NCBI GenBank assembly: GCA_965644295.1
Contig: CBFFRP010000298.1
Span: forward strand, 62,001 to 126,000
Source: Paraphysomonas bandaiensis
Taxonomy: Eukaryota; Protista; Chrysophyceae
Reading direction: 5' to 3'
Length of the DNA: 64,000 bases
In this document: positions 14,801 to 25,538 of the stretch, piece after piece
How positions within the stretch are numbered: position 1 is the stretch's first letter
How the letters are laid out: every line of letters starts with the position of its first letter
Program-made: the position numbers and the translations under genes
The notes under the pieces: model-generated
The model's input: the letters and a program-made list of their open reading frames with translations, nothing else
Database searches by the model: none
Told to the model about the DNA's origin: nothing

Positions 14801-17800
14801 TCTTAAGTGCTTTCTCACGAGAATAGTAGACCTTATCGACAGGCATATATGGTAATGACTTATTCAGGAGTATATTATGTGGTATAAATGATGCAGTATA
14901 GCATGCTTAAAATATTACGCTAATGTTGTGTTTACATTTATGATGTTGTATATACTTGTTGTGCTACACAATCGTGTTTAGTGCGACAAGTTTTTGTAGT
15001 ATTGTGTCACATTTCCGTGTGACTTCTCAGGCTAGTCAAGGACTACAAACTGAAGAACAAATTCATTCAACTTTTTATACACATTTTGTGCTTACAAATG
15101 TACCCCTTCCAAAGTGACAGCATGGAAGCGACACTATTAACCGATAGCAATTTGGTATGGTTTATTGAAGTCGATATGATATATCTATATATTACTATTT
15201 GAAGAATAATGCACATACTCGCGTGGTGTATTTGTCCGTAACATGTGACTGCTTATTTATTCAGGAAGAAAAGGAAACAGAGAGTGATCTTGACCCGTTG
15301 TCTAGTACTCTGTCCACTAGTTCGATTTCATGTTCAACAAAGAGTATCAACAAATTGGTTTTGGACAGGATATGCGCCTATGTGGCTGACAGCGATAAGG
15401 AATTTGCACTGTGCTCTATAGAGGGCTTGACTCTCTTGAATGGTGAGAGTAGATGTCAGATGTTGTGGGCTGCAGAGATTCTTGTTTTGTTCGTATGATA
15501 ACCAGCACTTTGCGAATGTAGAAATATTTGGCAATGGACCACCGTATGATGTATTGGGGAGGAAAATAGTTGAGGTAAACGACAAATGTGATATCGATGG
15601 TTGCATAGTTGTGTTTTCATGAAAGTGCTTTAGATCTTTTCTACCTCTCTGCTATGATTGAGTTTGCTTTGATTTACATGTGTATAATGTACAGGCCTTG
15701 TCTTCAGTGGTCAGAATCACTATGATTGAAGTCATACACAGCTGTATCGAAAAATCACATCCCAATTTGCCAAAATTGACTGGTAGTAGAAGCCAACCAG
15801 TGACCTTGTCAGAACGTGCGGATAGAATTATTGACGATGATATTGCTCACGCTTCTAATGAATGTCACGTGGATATGCAAAGGTAGCATAGATGTAGGAA
15901 TGTGGTGCATATAAATGGGCTGATGTTGCATGTTTCTTGTATTGTTTGTGTACTAACGTCGTGGAATCGTAGTATGAGGCGTAATGTCGCGGTGATTAAA
16001 GCTGGCTTGAATTGCCTATCTCGGTATGTCTGCTGCATCCTAACGTTGTAATATTGTCATTGTACATATTCTAAGTATATATTCACCACATTGTAACAGT
16101 TAGTGCTTGATACAGATGGATTCTAACACATCCACAAGTTCTGGACAATTCTGTGACCCGAGAACTCTTTGTGGATGTAAGAAACTTATATTTTTGTACA
16201 TCTTGGTTGTAGTTGTATTGTAAACTATGATACGCTTTTTGCTGATATGTAGTAATTGGAGCCTTATTTTAAAATGTGGCGTATGTGAACCGTATCGTCG
16301 ACGTCTAATGTTTGTAATTTTCCCAGTGTTACGAAGCGTGTGCCATCGGAGAGTTTTTGAAACAGCTATCAAATTCAAAGTCCATTCAGCACTTGTCACG
16401 AGTGTTAAACTCTGCTGCTACTGGGGACACACTGGAGTCGGAAAACCGATCGACAACGTTTCACACTCCCTTGAACTTTTATGAACAAGAGGAAAAACTA
16501 ATGGCAGTTGTCCAAGATAGTGAGTAAAATACATGGGAGTGGCATTGTTTTACGCGTACATCCGTTTGTCAACTTCGATTTCGTAGTATATAAGATCAGT
16601 TTATTTCTGAGTATTATATGTTGTTGTGTGTTCTTGTGAATATATATAAGTTTTTAACGACGAATTGCTTCGTGATGTGCAGATGACTTACCTAAGCTGT
16701 TACGCAAAGACGTTGGCGCTTACACTCTGAGCGATATGTTGAATTTGATGTCTCGCGGAAATGATGCTGAAATACAGGTAGGTATACTGAGGCTGCTTGT
16801 TTCGATTGCTAACGTATATGGTGGCGTTATGCTTGTATTCTTGAAAATGTCTTATCGTTTTTTGATTACACGACGTTCTTGGTTTTGTTATTGTCATAAA
16901 TGTGTATATTGATCTTTATGCATTAATAAGGAATTCATAGGACATCAACGAACATGCTGATATTCATATGAGACATATCGTTAATTATTACAACCTCTTT
17001 CCAACTAATCCGAAAGGCTCCAGTATAGTTGATTCAATGGTACGTGTTGCACACTTTACCAATGTATGAAAGCCAGAAGTGATTGTAGTTGTGTGTGTAA
17101 TTTGGCGTGAAGTGTACACTGAATTGTTTCGGCACCGTTGCAAATTTGTACATTGTTATTTATTTCTTCTGACCGTGATATTATTTATATGCTACTCCGT
17201 TACTTCCCTTTTTTTGTAAAGAAGTATTGAGGGTAAATATTTATATGTGCATTCAGTTTGCAACGGAGTTTTACGGCCTGTCGTCAGCGGCTCTAAGTGA
17301 GTTTCTCCGTGGTAACAATGCTGGGAATGAAAGCAATATTGATCGGCAGAATATTCGCATTCCTGATGAATGTAACTGCAGCGATACTCAGATAGGTAAA
17401 GTTGCATATATTGCATTATATAGGGGCAATTTTCATCACATTGAAGTCTTTATTCTGTTTTCCGTATAAAACATAGCAATAAGCTTGTTACTCTTTCCAA
17501 CAGAGCCATCGGGCGACCACAACGTTGGAGTTATCAAGGACGACTACGGAAATGATATTTTGACGAACGATGAAATCGAAAAATTGAACCCTGTTCATGT
17601 GGCGTTTAGGGATGAGTTGATTATTACATTAGTGAATGGAAGAGATGGTGTATCAAGAATAATATGTCGTGATATGCTAGGTAAGTTGCTAGTGTATCTT
17701 TCATGTATACATTGATTGACTTGACTATTGCACTAGGTGCACATGTTTGGGCTGGTGTTCCACTAACTCCAACCCAGGATGAAATTACAACGTAAGTAGT

Positions 17801-20800
17801 CAGTGGTACAATGTGCTGTTGTGCAATACATAAAACAATCCATTTTGTGCGGCTTGCAAATATGAATGACTGTTAAATGACTCAAACAAGTGGTCAAAGA
17901 TAGAAAGTGGAATTAAGTTCATGTACCGATGCATCGTGTACGAGCTTTAATGTAATATTGTGTACCGCGACCTTTAGCTGATTCGTGTTGTGATATAGAG
18001 ACATGATTCTAAGCCGACGTAAAGGTTGCAAAGAACGTCGACATTTTGTTGAGCACTTAAGCCATACGGACCCTACATTGTCGAAGGAGTCGCTTTTTTT
18101 GGAGGTAGGTGGCATAATGACTCCTCGTATTATACGCTGTGTGCATTGTCGTGTACGTTAGGTTTATACGGTATTTCTGGCGTGATATTTTTGCTAGTGG
18201 ATTGCTGATATGTCTTCTAATCTAAGACCCTTTCATTTCTCAGGAAAACCCCCTTTTAAGTTCTCAGAAAATAGATAATGTTCAACCCGGACAAATACAT
18301 ACCTCAAGAAGCACATCTAACATGGAAACCTACAGGCGTATCCGAACATCACAAACCACACAGCAACACGACCCTGGAAGAGTTGAGGGTCTGAGAAGTT
18401 TATTGAATGAAACTCATGGAGGAATAGAGAGGAGCGGAACCGTGAAGAGAAAGAGTGCGCCTGAGAGTATATCTAGCACGTGTGAAAAGAGTGTAGATAT
18501 CAGCAATGTGCTTGACTCTAGAAGCTGCATAGGGGTATAGTGCGCAATAATTCGTATGTTACCATATGATGTGATGATACTGTTTTAATATTACTCCTTA
18601 TTCGGTGTATCATATATGCTCTATGGTAAATTTGCGTTCACCACTTAACGTTTTGGCGCTGTACTTGATGGAAATAATGCTATTGAATCCATCTACAGGA
18701 CCTTCAGGATATCGATATTCACAGAGATCTATTATCTGAGATATTGGATCAGGTGTCAACACTTGTGAATGCTCAGCTCCTTCCACTCTGTGTATATCGT
18801 GTATTTGTGGTGTATATTATAATGGGATTGTTTGCATGTGTGATTTACATGATCTCTATTTGGGGGTGGTCATTTCTTCGTTTTTCAGTTACCCTTGGAG
18901 GAGTTTGAAGACTCTTCAATGTTGGGCGGCGATACCACCTTACTTAAGTACCAGCATATGAGTAATACTGCAGGAAGTCAGGTAAAGTATTGTCTAGTTA
19001 ATCTAGCTTACCAATATATCCGCACAGTATATTGCATTATACTATTGTACTGCACAGTGTATATGCTAGTTTATTCATTCAAGTAATAGATAAATATATT
19101 ACAGTGGGATGGTGATATATCTGAGCGTGAAACTATCAGCACATTGCGACAAGACTTTACAAGCACAAAGTATTTGGAGTTAGAGAATTGGTTGGGGAAA
19201 ATGCTTGATGACGGACACTTGTGGATAAAGTTTATTAAGTGAGTCGTGTTTTTGTGGATACTCGCTGCAATGTTTTTTGTTGTATAGCATAGAAATTCAA
19301 GAATGTACTATATACATTTTACTTTGTATTTCTATTCTATGCGTAACTCTGTTTAACAGTTTTCTAAAACTGGAATACTCTGAGGAATCTGGATGTTTTT
19401 TACATGATGTCCATAATTTGCAGAACTTATGCAAGAAGGCTAGAAACCACCCTCTAGAGCCTTCTATTAGCTGTGATGATCTAAAAGCAACTGCAACTGA
19501 CAGAATGACACTGACAGAGCTTCTGGAGCACATCAATTCTACAGCGGAACATATTTTGCGAAAGTATTTTTCCAAGGTTAAATCCGTGATTATTTTATTC
19601 TAAGACTGTGCATGTTACCGGTATTGTCACATAGGGTGGCCAGCACGAGATAAATATATCTGATACAAACTGCAGAGAAGTCACCTCATTATTTGAAAGG
19701 AGTGAATTTGTCTGTGACAGTGAGCTTGTGGTAAAAGATAGCGAGGATACCTGTACATCTGGATTTCGTATACGAGATTTGCGTTTTTTTAGCACTGTAT
19801 TTAATTGTGCTTTTAGAGATGTGGCAACAATGCTGGTATATATTATGCTGGGCCTAATGTTGTTTTTATGTTGAGTTGCACTGCACGTTCCTCGCTATTA
19901 TGACTGCATACCGTTCTTATATATTGATAGCAACTGTGGTATTTTGTTAAGTGTATGGTGTATATTCAGGTTCGAGACAAGCTGACAAGGTTTTTAAACT
20001 CGTTAGGAGAAAAGTATACCATTCTTACTGATTTGGAGGTGAATACGATATATGTTTTTGTATACCCTTGAATCATGCTGTTTTTGTGTGCGTAGTCCAT
20101 TGAAATGGAAGCCAAGCAAAGTTCTCAAGAATTGGAAAAAGCTCTTGCCACAATGACTCCGCCACCAGCATGTTGTCAACCATCATCCAACCGGGTTTGC
20201 ACTTTAAAGGATGGTGCACGGCTGTTGGCTGTTCACTTGGGTTTGCTTCCTGATGTATGTCACAGATAAACTTGTGTGATTCTGTCTTGAATTGTAGATG
20301 ATTTAAGTGGTAGAGTATAGTCGATGTTATTTGAACTATGCTGTATCGGATTTTAGTATTGCGTGGTGTTTGTGATGTAGTTACTTTGAAAATTTCATCG
20401 CCTAACATATCTTTGGCAGATTTTGAGTGATGTGTATGCATCTCTTGAAGAAGATACTTCGCTGCGCTTGTTTCAACATCATTCAAGTTTTAGCGATTAT
20501 AGAATTTTATGTGGTAGCAACAACCCTCTCGCCAGGCATTTGTCACCATCTCTAAATAAAACGTCGAGGCAGATCATTCAAGAGTTGAGACACATTGACG
20601 AATTGCCCACAAGAGAACAGTTTAAAATTGCTGTCTTATATGTCGGCTGCGGACAGTTTACGCAGAAGTATGATATTAGCAACTATAGTATTTTTATGAT
20701 GCGTTAAATTCACTTCGTTGTATCCTATGAACATGCTTATTGCGTTTTTATGACTACTTACGTTGTGTATAGGGAAATTCTGGCTAACGAATCAGGATCA

Positions 20801-22464
20801 AGTGAATACGAATTGTTCTTAAAGTCTCTTGGAGATGAAGTTGACTTGGCTACGCATCGGGGATTCAATGGCAGGTGAATAGTTTGGCACCGCCATGGCC
20901 GAATATATAGTATTACTGATATGTCTGGTGTAGTTTATCACTATACCTATTTGCGAAATTGTGTTTATTGTGACTGTAGTCTGTCCAACTATTAAAGTGT
21001 CCGTTCGAAATTAAAAAGTGATATTGTATTGTACAGATTGGATTCGAAGCGATATACTAATGGACGCAGCTTCCCGTATTATGCCGACGACCATGTGGAG
21101 GTGACTTTCGAGCTGTATTTATGTTGTACAAATATATTACAGAAAAGTTGTAGTTATGGATCTAGTAATTTATGAAACATAAGTGGTGTCGTAGCATGAA
21201 GTTAGACAAATGTAGAATAATCTGCTCTGGTATATATTATGGCACCAGTAAAGACTTCTGGGATTGGGTTATTAGCTTCGGATGCTGGTAACAGTTGAAT
21301 AAAGGACGATTCATTTTGCTTTTGTAGGTATTTTTTCATGTGTCTACAAGAATGCCTACTGTACCGGATGATGACCAACAGGTAATATATACCAGTCCCT
21401 TTCCTTGAGCACTACATATGTGTTGTTGATATCTACATCACTATAGATTGGTAAAAAACGCCACATTGGGAACGACTATGTTCATATAATATGGACCGAA
21501 GACACGTAAGTTTGCACCTTGGGTGTATTTGCAGATATTTTGTGACCCCACTTATCTGCGGAACGTTGATAAGTGCATGTTGTGTTTTGAAAGTGTGCTC
21601 TGATGTCGATATTTATTTTAGACGAGACTACTCCCCAACTACTATCACAAGTGATTTTGGAGATGTCATCATTGTAATTAAGCCTCATGCAGCTTACGAG
21701 AGGAAGAGTTGTATGAGTGAATATTGTTCTATCAAACTCTATGTAAGCCATAAATGATCTTCATTGTACATAGTGTGTCACAGCATATGAACACCGCGTG
21801 TTATGTTCTATGGGCAGTTTATTCTTAGTTATGTATAAATTTCCTACGTACGCTACGTGAAGATCATGTATAAATTGGTTGTATATAATGTGTGCAGCGT
21901 TGCGTGTAATCTTATGATATGTATGAAAGTGTCCATGAATATTGACATTGGAGACATATCCGGTTGTGCTGATATATTTCGTAGCGCTATCATGTTGATC
22001 ATGTGTTGTATATGGATTATGTGCTTATATAGGATGATATTTTGTTGCAGACAAAGCAAGATCTTGGAGATAACATAGGTCCCCTGTGTAATGGCATGCT
22101 TGTTCCCATGCGTTTACTAGGACCTCTTGTTAGAACAACAGCTGTCCAAGCCAATAGAGCTGTTAATATTATGGTATGGATAAGCGTGCGATGCTAATGT
22201 TGTGCATTGACTGTTACGTCAGAGTACTGTATATTTTTCTGTATCATTTACATATTAGTTGTGATACATTCTATACTTTCGTTTAATTCCTTGTTTTTCT
22301 GCCCTGGCACTTCTTCTTACGATTCATTAAATATGCAGCACCGGAAATCTTATGAGAAACCATATGTAGTTCGTCAGAGATCCATCGCCGAGGTCATATC
22401 GACTTGTGGAACGCCCTTTTCGTACGATTTGCTGTTGAACCTATTGGCACAAAATTCAGATTAG
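2865..22464 (+). CDS. Ral GTPase-activating protein alpha-subunit-like protein (C-terminal Rap-GAP domain), many exons
   Basis: Exon 1 2865-2918 (MMSSSDEKRLAKFLQPEK|gt) splices in phase 0 to ag|8924 (SAKKRLGYALDYIRNT...). Spliced C-terminal exons read FKIAVLYVGCGQFTQK-EILANESGSSEYELFLKSLGDEVDLATHRGFNG...FFHVSTRMP...[39 protein letters not shown]. This Asn-thumb RapGAP domain looks closer to RALGAPA (HVSTRMP, HIVWSEHTRDY, FGDVLIVI) than to TSC2. Internal exon structure not fully resolved. Confidence 0.8.
2932..8706. repeat. 22-bp tandem repeat array, about 262 copies, inside intron 1 of the RalGAP-like gene
   Basis: Unit TAGCTATCTATATATCTCTGTR (TGTGTAG and TGTATAG variants dominate; rare TGTGTGG, TTTGAAG, TTTGTAG). 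5775 bp / 22. No ORFs in the track. Confidence 0.98.
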
Positions 22465-22987
22465 TTTTATTTCAATTTCTAGGCTTTTTGTTGTCGGAGT
22501 CTAAATATATACACTGAATTTCAGTGAGCAATATTTTTTAACTGTTGGCTCGTTTTCGACTGCATTCTCCACATCATTCGACAGTTTTGCAAAATAGAAT
22601 TTAATTCAATGCTCGGGCATCAACTACAGCTCTCATATTATCATTATTGTACGTGCATTCTGTACTAGCGTTGGATGCATATTCTAGCTTTCATATGTAT
22701 TGAGTGCTGTATGGCGTGATAATTTCTCCTCTTCTAATGGTACCAACTTGAGTGGTTAACAGTACCTCCTTTCTGTGTTTAATGACTAGCAGTATGTTGA
22801 CTCATATCATAATGCATACATAAATTATTTTAATGTCACCAACATATTCTCAACAAGTGGTGTCTAAATCAACTACAGCTCTCATATTATCATTATTGTA
22901 CGTGCATTCTGTACTAGCGTTGGATGCATATTCTAGCTTTCATATGTATTGAGTGCTGTATGGCGTGGTAATTTCTCCTCTTCTAAT

Positions 22988-23280
22988 TGTTGAGATCTGA
23001 AGATTCTATATACTTGCAATTGAGTGCAGTATTATGTGAGATGCAAGGATCGAAAGATATATATGTAATTAGTACATTATATTATGTAGTATGAAACTGA
23101 AGTAGAAGTGGATGACTATACAGGATACGATCACTGAGTGTGTGGTTTGTACACTATAGTAGTAAATGAATGGTGTTGAACACATCGAACACAACTTAGG
23201 TTCTTTATCATGTAATGTTTATAATTTCATCTTATCAGTTGAGAATAGAAAACCTTAGCAAATAATGTCAACTTCTGTTA
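22988..23280 (+). repeat. 5' LTR (TGTTG...TGTTA)
   Basis: Identical to 27988-28280; preceded by the TSD and followed immediately by the PBS. Confidence 0.95.
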
Positions 23281-25538
23281 TGGTAGCGGATGGTAGTTGT
23301 AGGGATGGGGAAGATGACAAGAAGCTACGGTTTGACAAGAACCAAGCAGACTATTCAGCGAGAAAAATCAAGATGCATCTAATGAAGAAAAACCGAAACC
23401 ATCTTGGCTTGGAGGACCCGCCAGCCGGAGGAAGGAATTTAGAGTCATGGAGAGAGCGTAATGATACCTGTGTTAGTACTATTTGGGAGGCTTGCGAGCA
23501 TGACCCTGATGTGTTGGAGGTAGCCAATCAATATTTGGAGGGGAAGGCAATTTTACCTGCTGATGATCCTGCTAAGGAGGTGTTATCCAGTGAGCTCCTT
23601 CAGACACTGGTTGATAGGTTCAGAGGCGAGATTGGGACTGTATTGGAGAAGACTACGGCAGAATACCATTCGTTCAAAATAAGGCCGGGGGAAAAGGTGT
23701 CTGTTGGGGTAGATCGACTGAACGGTATAATCCAGAAGCTCATAAAATTGGGACAACCGCAGACAGAGGCAAGTAAATTAGCAAAGATAAAAGCAGCGCT
23801 GCAGATAGAGGAATTACATGATTTATGGATGTCGGTAGCGATGATGCCTAAAGCAACAACTACATTTGATTCGGTGAAAGAGGCTTGTGAAGAGTATGAC
23901 GAGGCTATGACGCAGCTGAAGAAACTAAAGGGAGACAAATCTGAAGAGATCAATTTTACGGCGTCGAAGGAGCCAGTGGTTTGTTCATTTTGTCGGAAGA
24001 AGGGACATGTAGCAGCGAATTGTTATGCTAAGGAACGACAAAGAAAAATGGACAAGTTCAAAAGAAAAGGGAAGACAAAGGAAAAGGCTTCGAAGAGTGT
24101 GCAGCAGCCAGGATCAAAGGATTATACTGGTTGTCATATCTGTGGAGATTTTAGTCACAAAGCCCGACAGTGCAAGTCGAAAAAACGGAAGAACATAAAA
24201 AACCCGGATAATGAGAATCCTCGAAAATCGAACAGGAAATTCGAGACAGAATGGAAGAAATACGTCAACGACGGAGAGTCGTCGGATGATGAAGCGAATA
24301 TGTTTGGAGAAGAGGTTTTGCTATCGGTGGATACGTCGGAAGAACCTCGTGTATATCTGGACAGTTGTGCAAGTAAAAGACTGTTTATAGTAAAGGATAA
24401 AATTGCACTGGAGTCATTTACTCCTGAGTTTGGGGCAATCCAACTAACTAGAAAGGGTTCTCAATTGGAGACACAGGGAACTGGTACATTCGGGGAATGG
24501 AGAGACATCAGAGTTAGTGAAGAAGCGGTGAAGAACATTGTGTCAGGAGGGATGCTGAGATCAATGGGATACGGATTACAACTGCTTCGAAAGCCTAAAA
24601 TCGTGGAATTGGACTCTGGAAACGAGGTGTTGACTGGAGAGTACGATGAGCATGGAGGAATGCCGTATGTGGACTTGATGGAGGTGTTAAATCTGCCAAA
24701 TGTGTCTATGTGCAATCAGATGGAGGAGGTAAATTTGTCGGATAATACAGGACAAGATGCGTTGGATCGCTTACATGAGCGTACTGGACATGTCTCGAAA
24801 TCGAAGTTAATAGAAGCTCACCGACACATGTTATTCAGAGGATCAGGACTACAACGACATCACCTTTCGAAGGCAAAGGAGAAGAGTTGCAAGAAACCCC
24901 TGTGTAAATGGTGTGCCAAGGCGAAGATAACCAGGCATTCGTTCAAATCACGGGACAACGAAGAGCTAAGCGCAGTCAGGTTCCTGGAAAGAGTAACAGC
25001 GGACATCTCCGTCTATCTCAATTGTGAATCCAGACAAGGGTATAAGTACGTGCTCCTATTTACGGACTTAGCAACAAAGATGATATGGGAATATGGATTG
25101 AGGACTCGAAGCGGAGAGGAGGTGTTCAAATGTCTACGACACTTGTGCGAGGTCCACTTAGTGAAGTACGAGGGGTGGAACCGTATAGTGGAGTATCATG
25201 CCGATGGAGGATCCGAACTTATTAGTCAGCAGATAAGAGAGTATCTGTTGCAGCGATATGGGACTCGGGTGTCACATACAACACGAGACACGCCAGAGCT
25301 CAACGCGGTGTCTGAGAGGAAATTCCGAACAATTGGGGAGATGACACTGACGATGTTGACGGCATCTGGACTTCCAAAGTCGTTCTGGTTTGATGCTTAT
25401 CAAACTGCATGTTACATTGTGCGACGAATGCCAACTCGGACGTGGCAAGGATGGATGTCTCCATATGAGTGTGTCCCAGGGGGAGCGTTCCCAGCCTATC
25501 GTGGCTACGGAAATGGGGGTGCAAAGCATATGTGCTAA
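23265..25538 (+). CDS. Copia gag-pol, 5' part (Gag with CCHC knuckles, aspartic protease, GAG-pre-integrase, integrase core)
   Basis: CSFCRKKGHVAANC and CHICGDFSHKARQC knuckles; YLDSCAS protease motif; LHERTGH...CKWC; DDE residues in TADIS, HADGGSE, AVSERKFRT. Frame is lost at the G5 run 25479-25483. Confidence 0.93.
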   Translation: MSTSVMVADGSCRDGEDDKKLRFDKNQADYSARKIKMHLMKKNRNHLGLEDPPAGGRNLESWRERNDTCVSTIWEACEHDPDVLEVANQYLEGKAILPADDPAKEVLSSELLQTLVDRFRGEIGTVLEKTTAEYHSFKIRPGEKVSVGVDRLNGIIQKLIKLGQPQTEASKLAKIKAALQIEELHDLWMSVAMMPKATTTFDSVKEACEEYDEAMTQLKKLKGDKSEEINFTASKEPVVCSFCRKKGHVAANCYAKERQRKMDKFKRKGKTKEKASKSVQQPGSKDYTGCHICGDFSHKARQCKSKKRKNIKNPDNENPRKSNRKFETEWKKYVNDGESSDDEANMFGEEVLLSVDTSEEPRVYLDSCASKRLFIVKDKIALESFTPEFGAIQLTRKGSQLETQGTGTFGEWRDIRVSEEAVKNIVSGGMLRSMGYGLQLLRKPKIVELDSGNEVLTGEYDEHGGMPYVDLMEVLNLPNVSMCNQMEEVNLSDNTGQDALDRLHERTGHVSKSKLIEAHRHMLFRGSGLQRHHLSKAKEKSCKKPLCKWCAKAKITRHSFKSRDNEELSAVRFLERVTADISVYLNCESRQGYKYVLLFTDLATKMIWEYGLRTRSGEEVFKCLRHLCEVHLVKYEGWNRIVEYHADGGSELISQQIREYLLQRYGTRVSHTTRDTPELNAVSERKFRTIGEMTLTMLTASGLPKSFWFDAYQTACYIVRRMPTRTWQGWMSPYECVPGGAFPAYRGYGNGGAKHMC
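23281..23289 (+). promoter_or_regulatory. Primer-binding site TGGTAGCGG, probably for initiator tRNA-Met
   Basis: Directly after the 5' LTR. Complementary to a tRNA 3' end CCGCUACCA (U72-A73-CCA as in eukaryotic tRNAiMet; compare Ty1 TGGTAGCGCC). Confidence 0.7.

Noticed and set aside
9266-22059. Many 60-190 aa antisense ORFs across the RalGAP-like gene
   Set aside because: Shadow frames of plus-strand exons and introns with no recognisable motifs.
25469-25538. Programmed gag-pol frameshift
   Set aside because: The overlap lies inside integrase at a G homopolymer with no canonical slippery site; Copia normally has one ORF.
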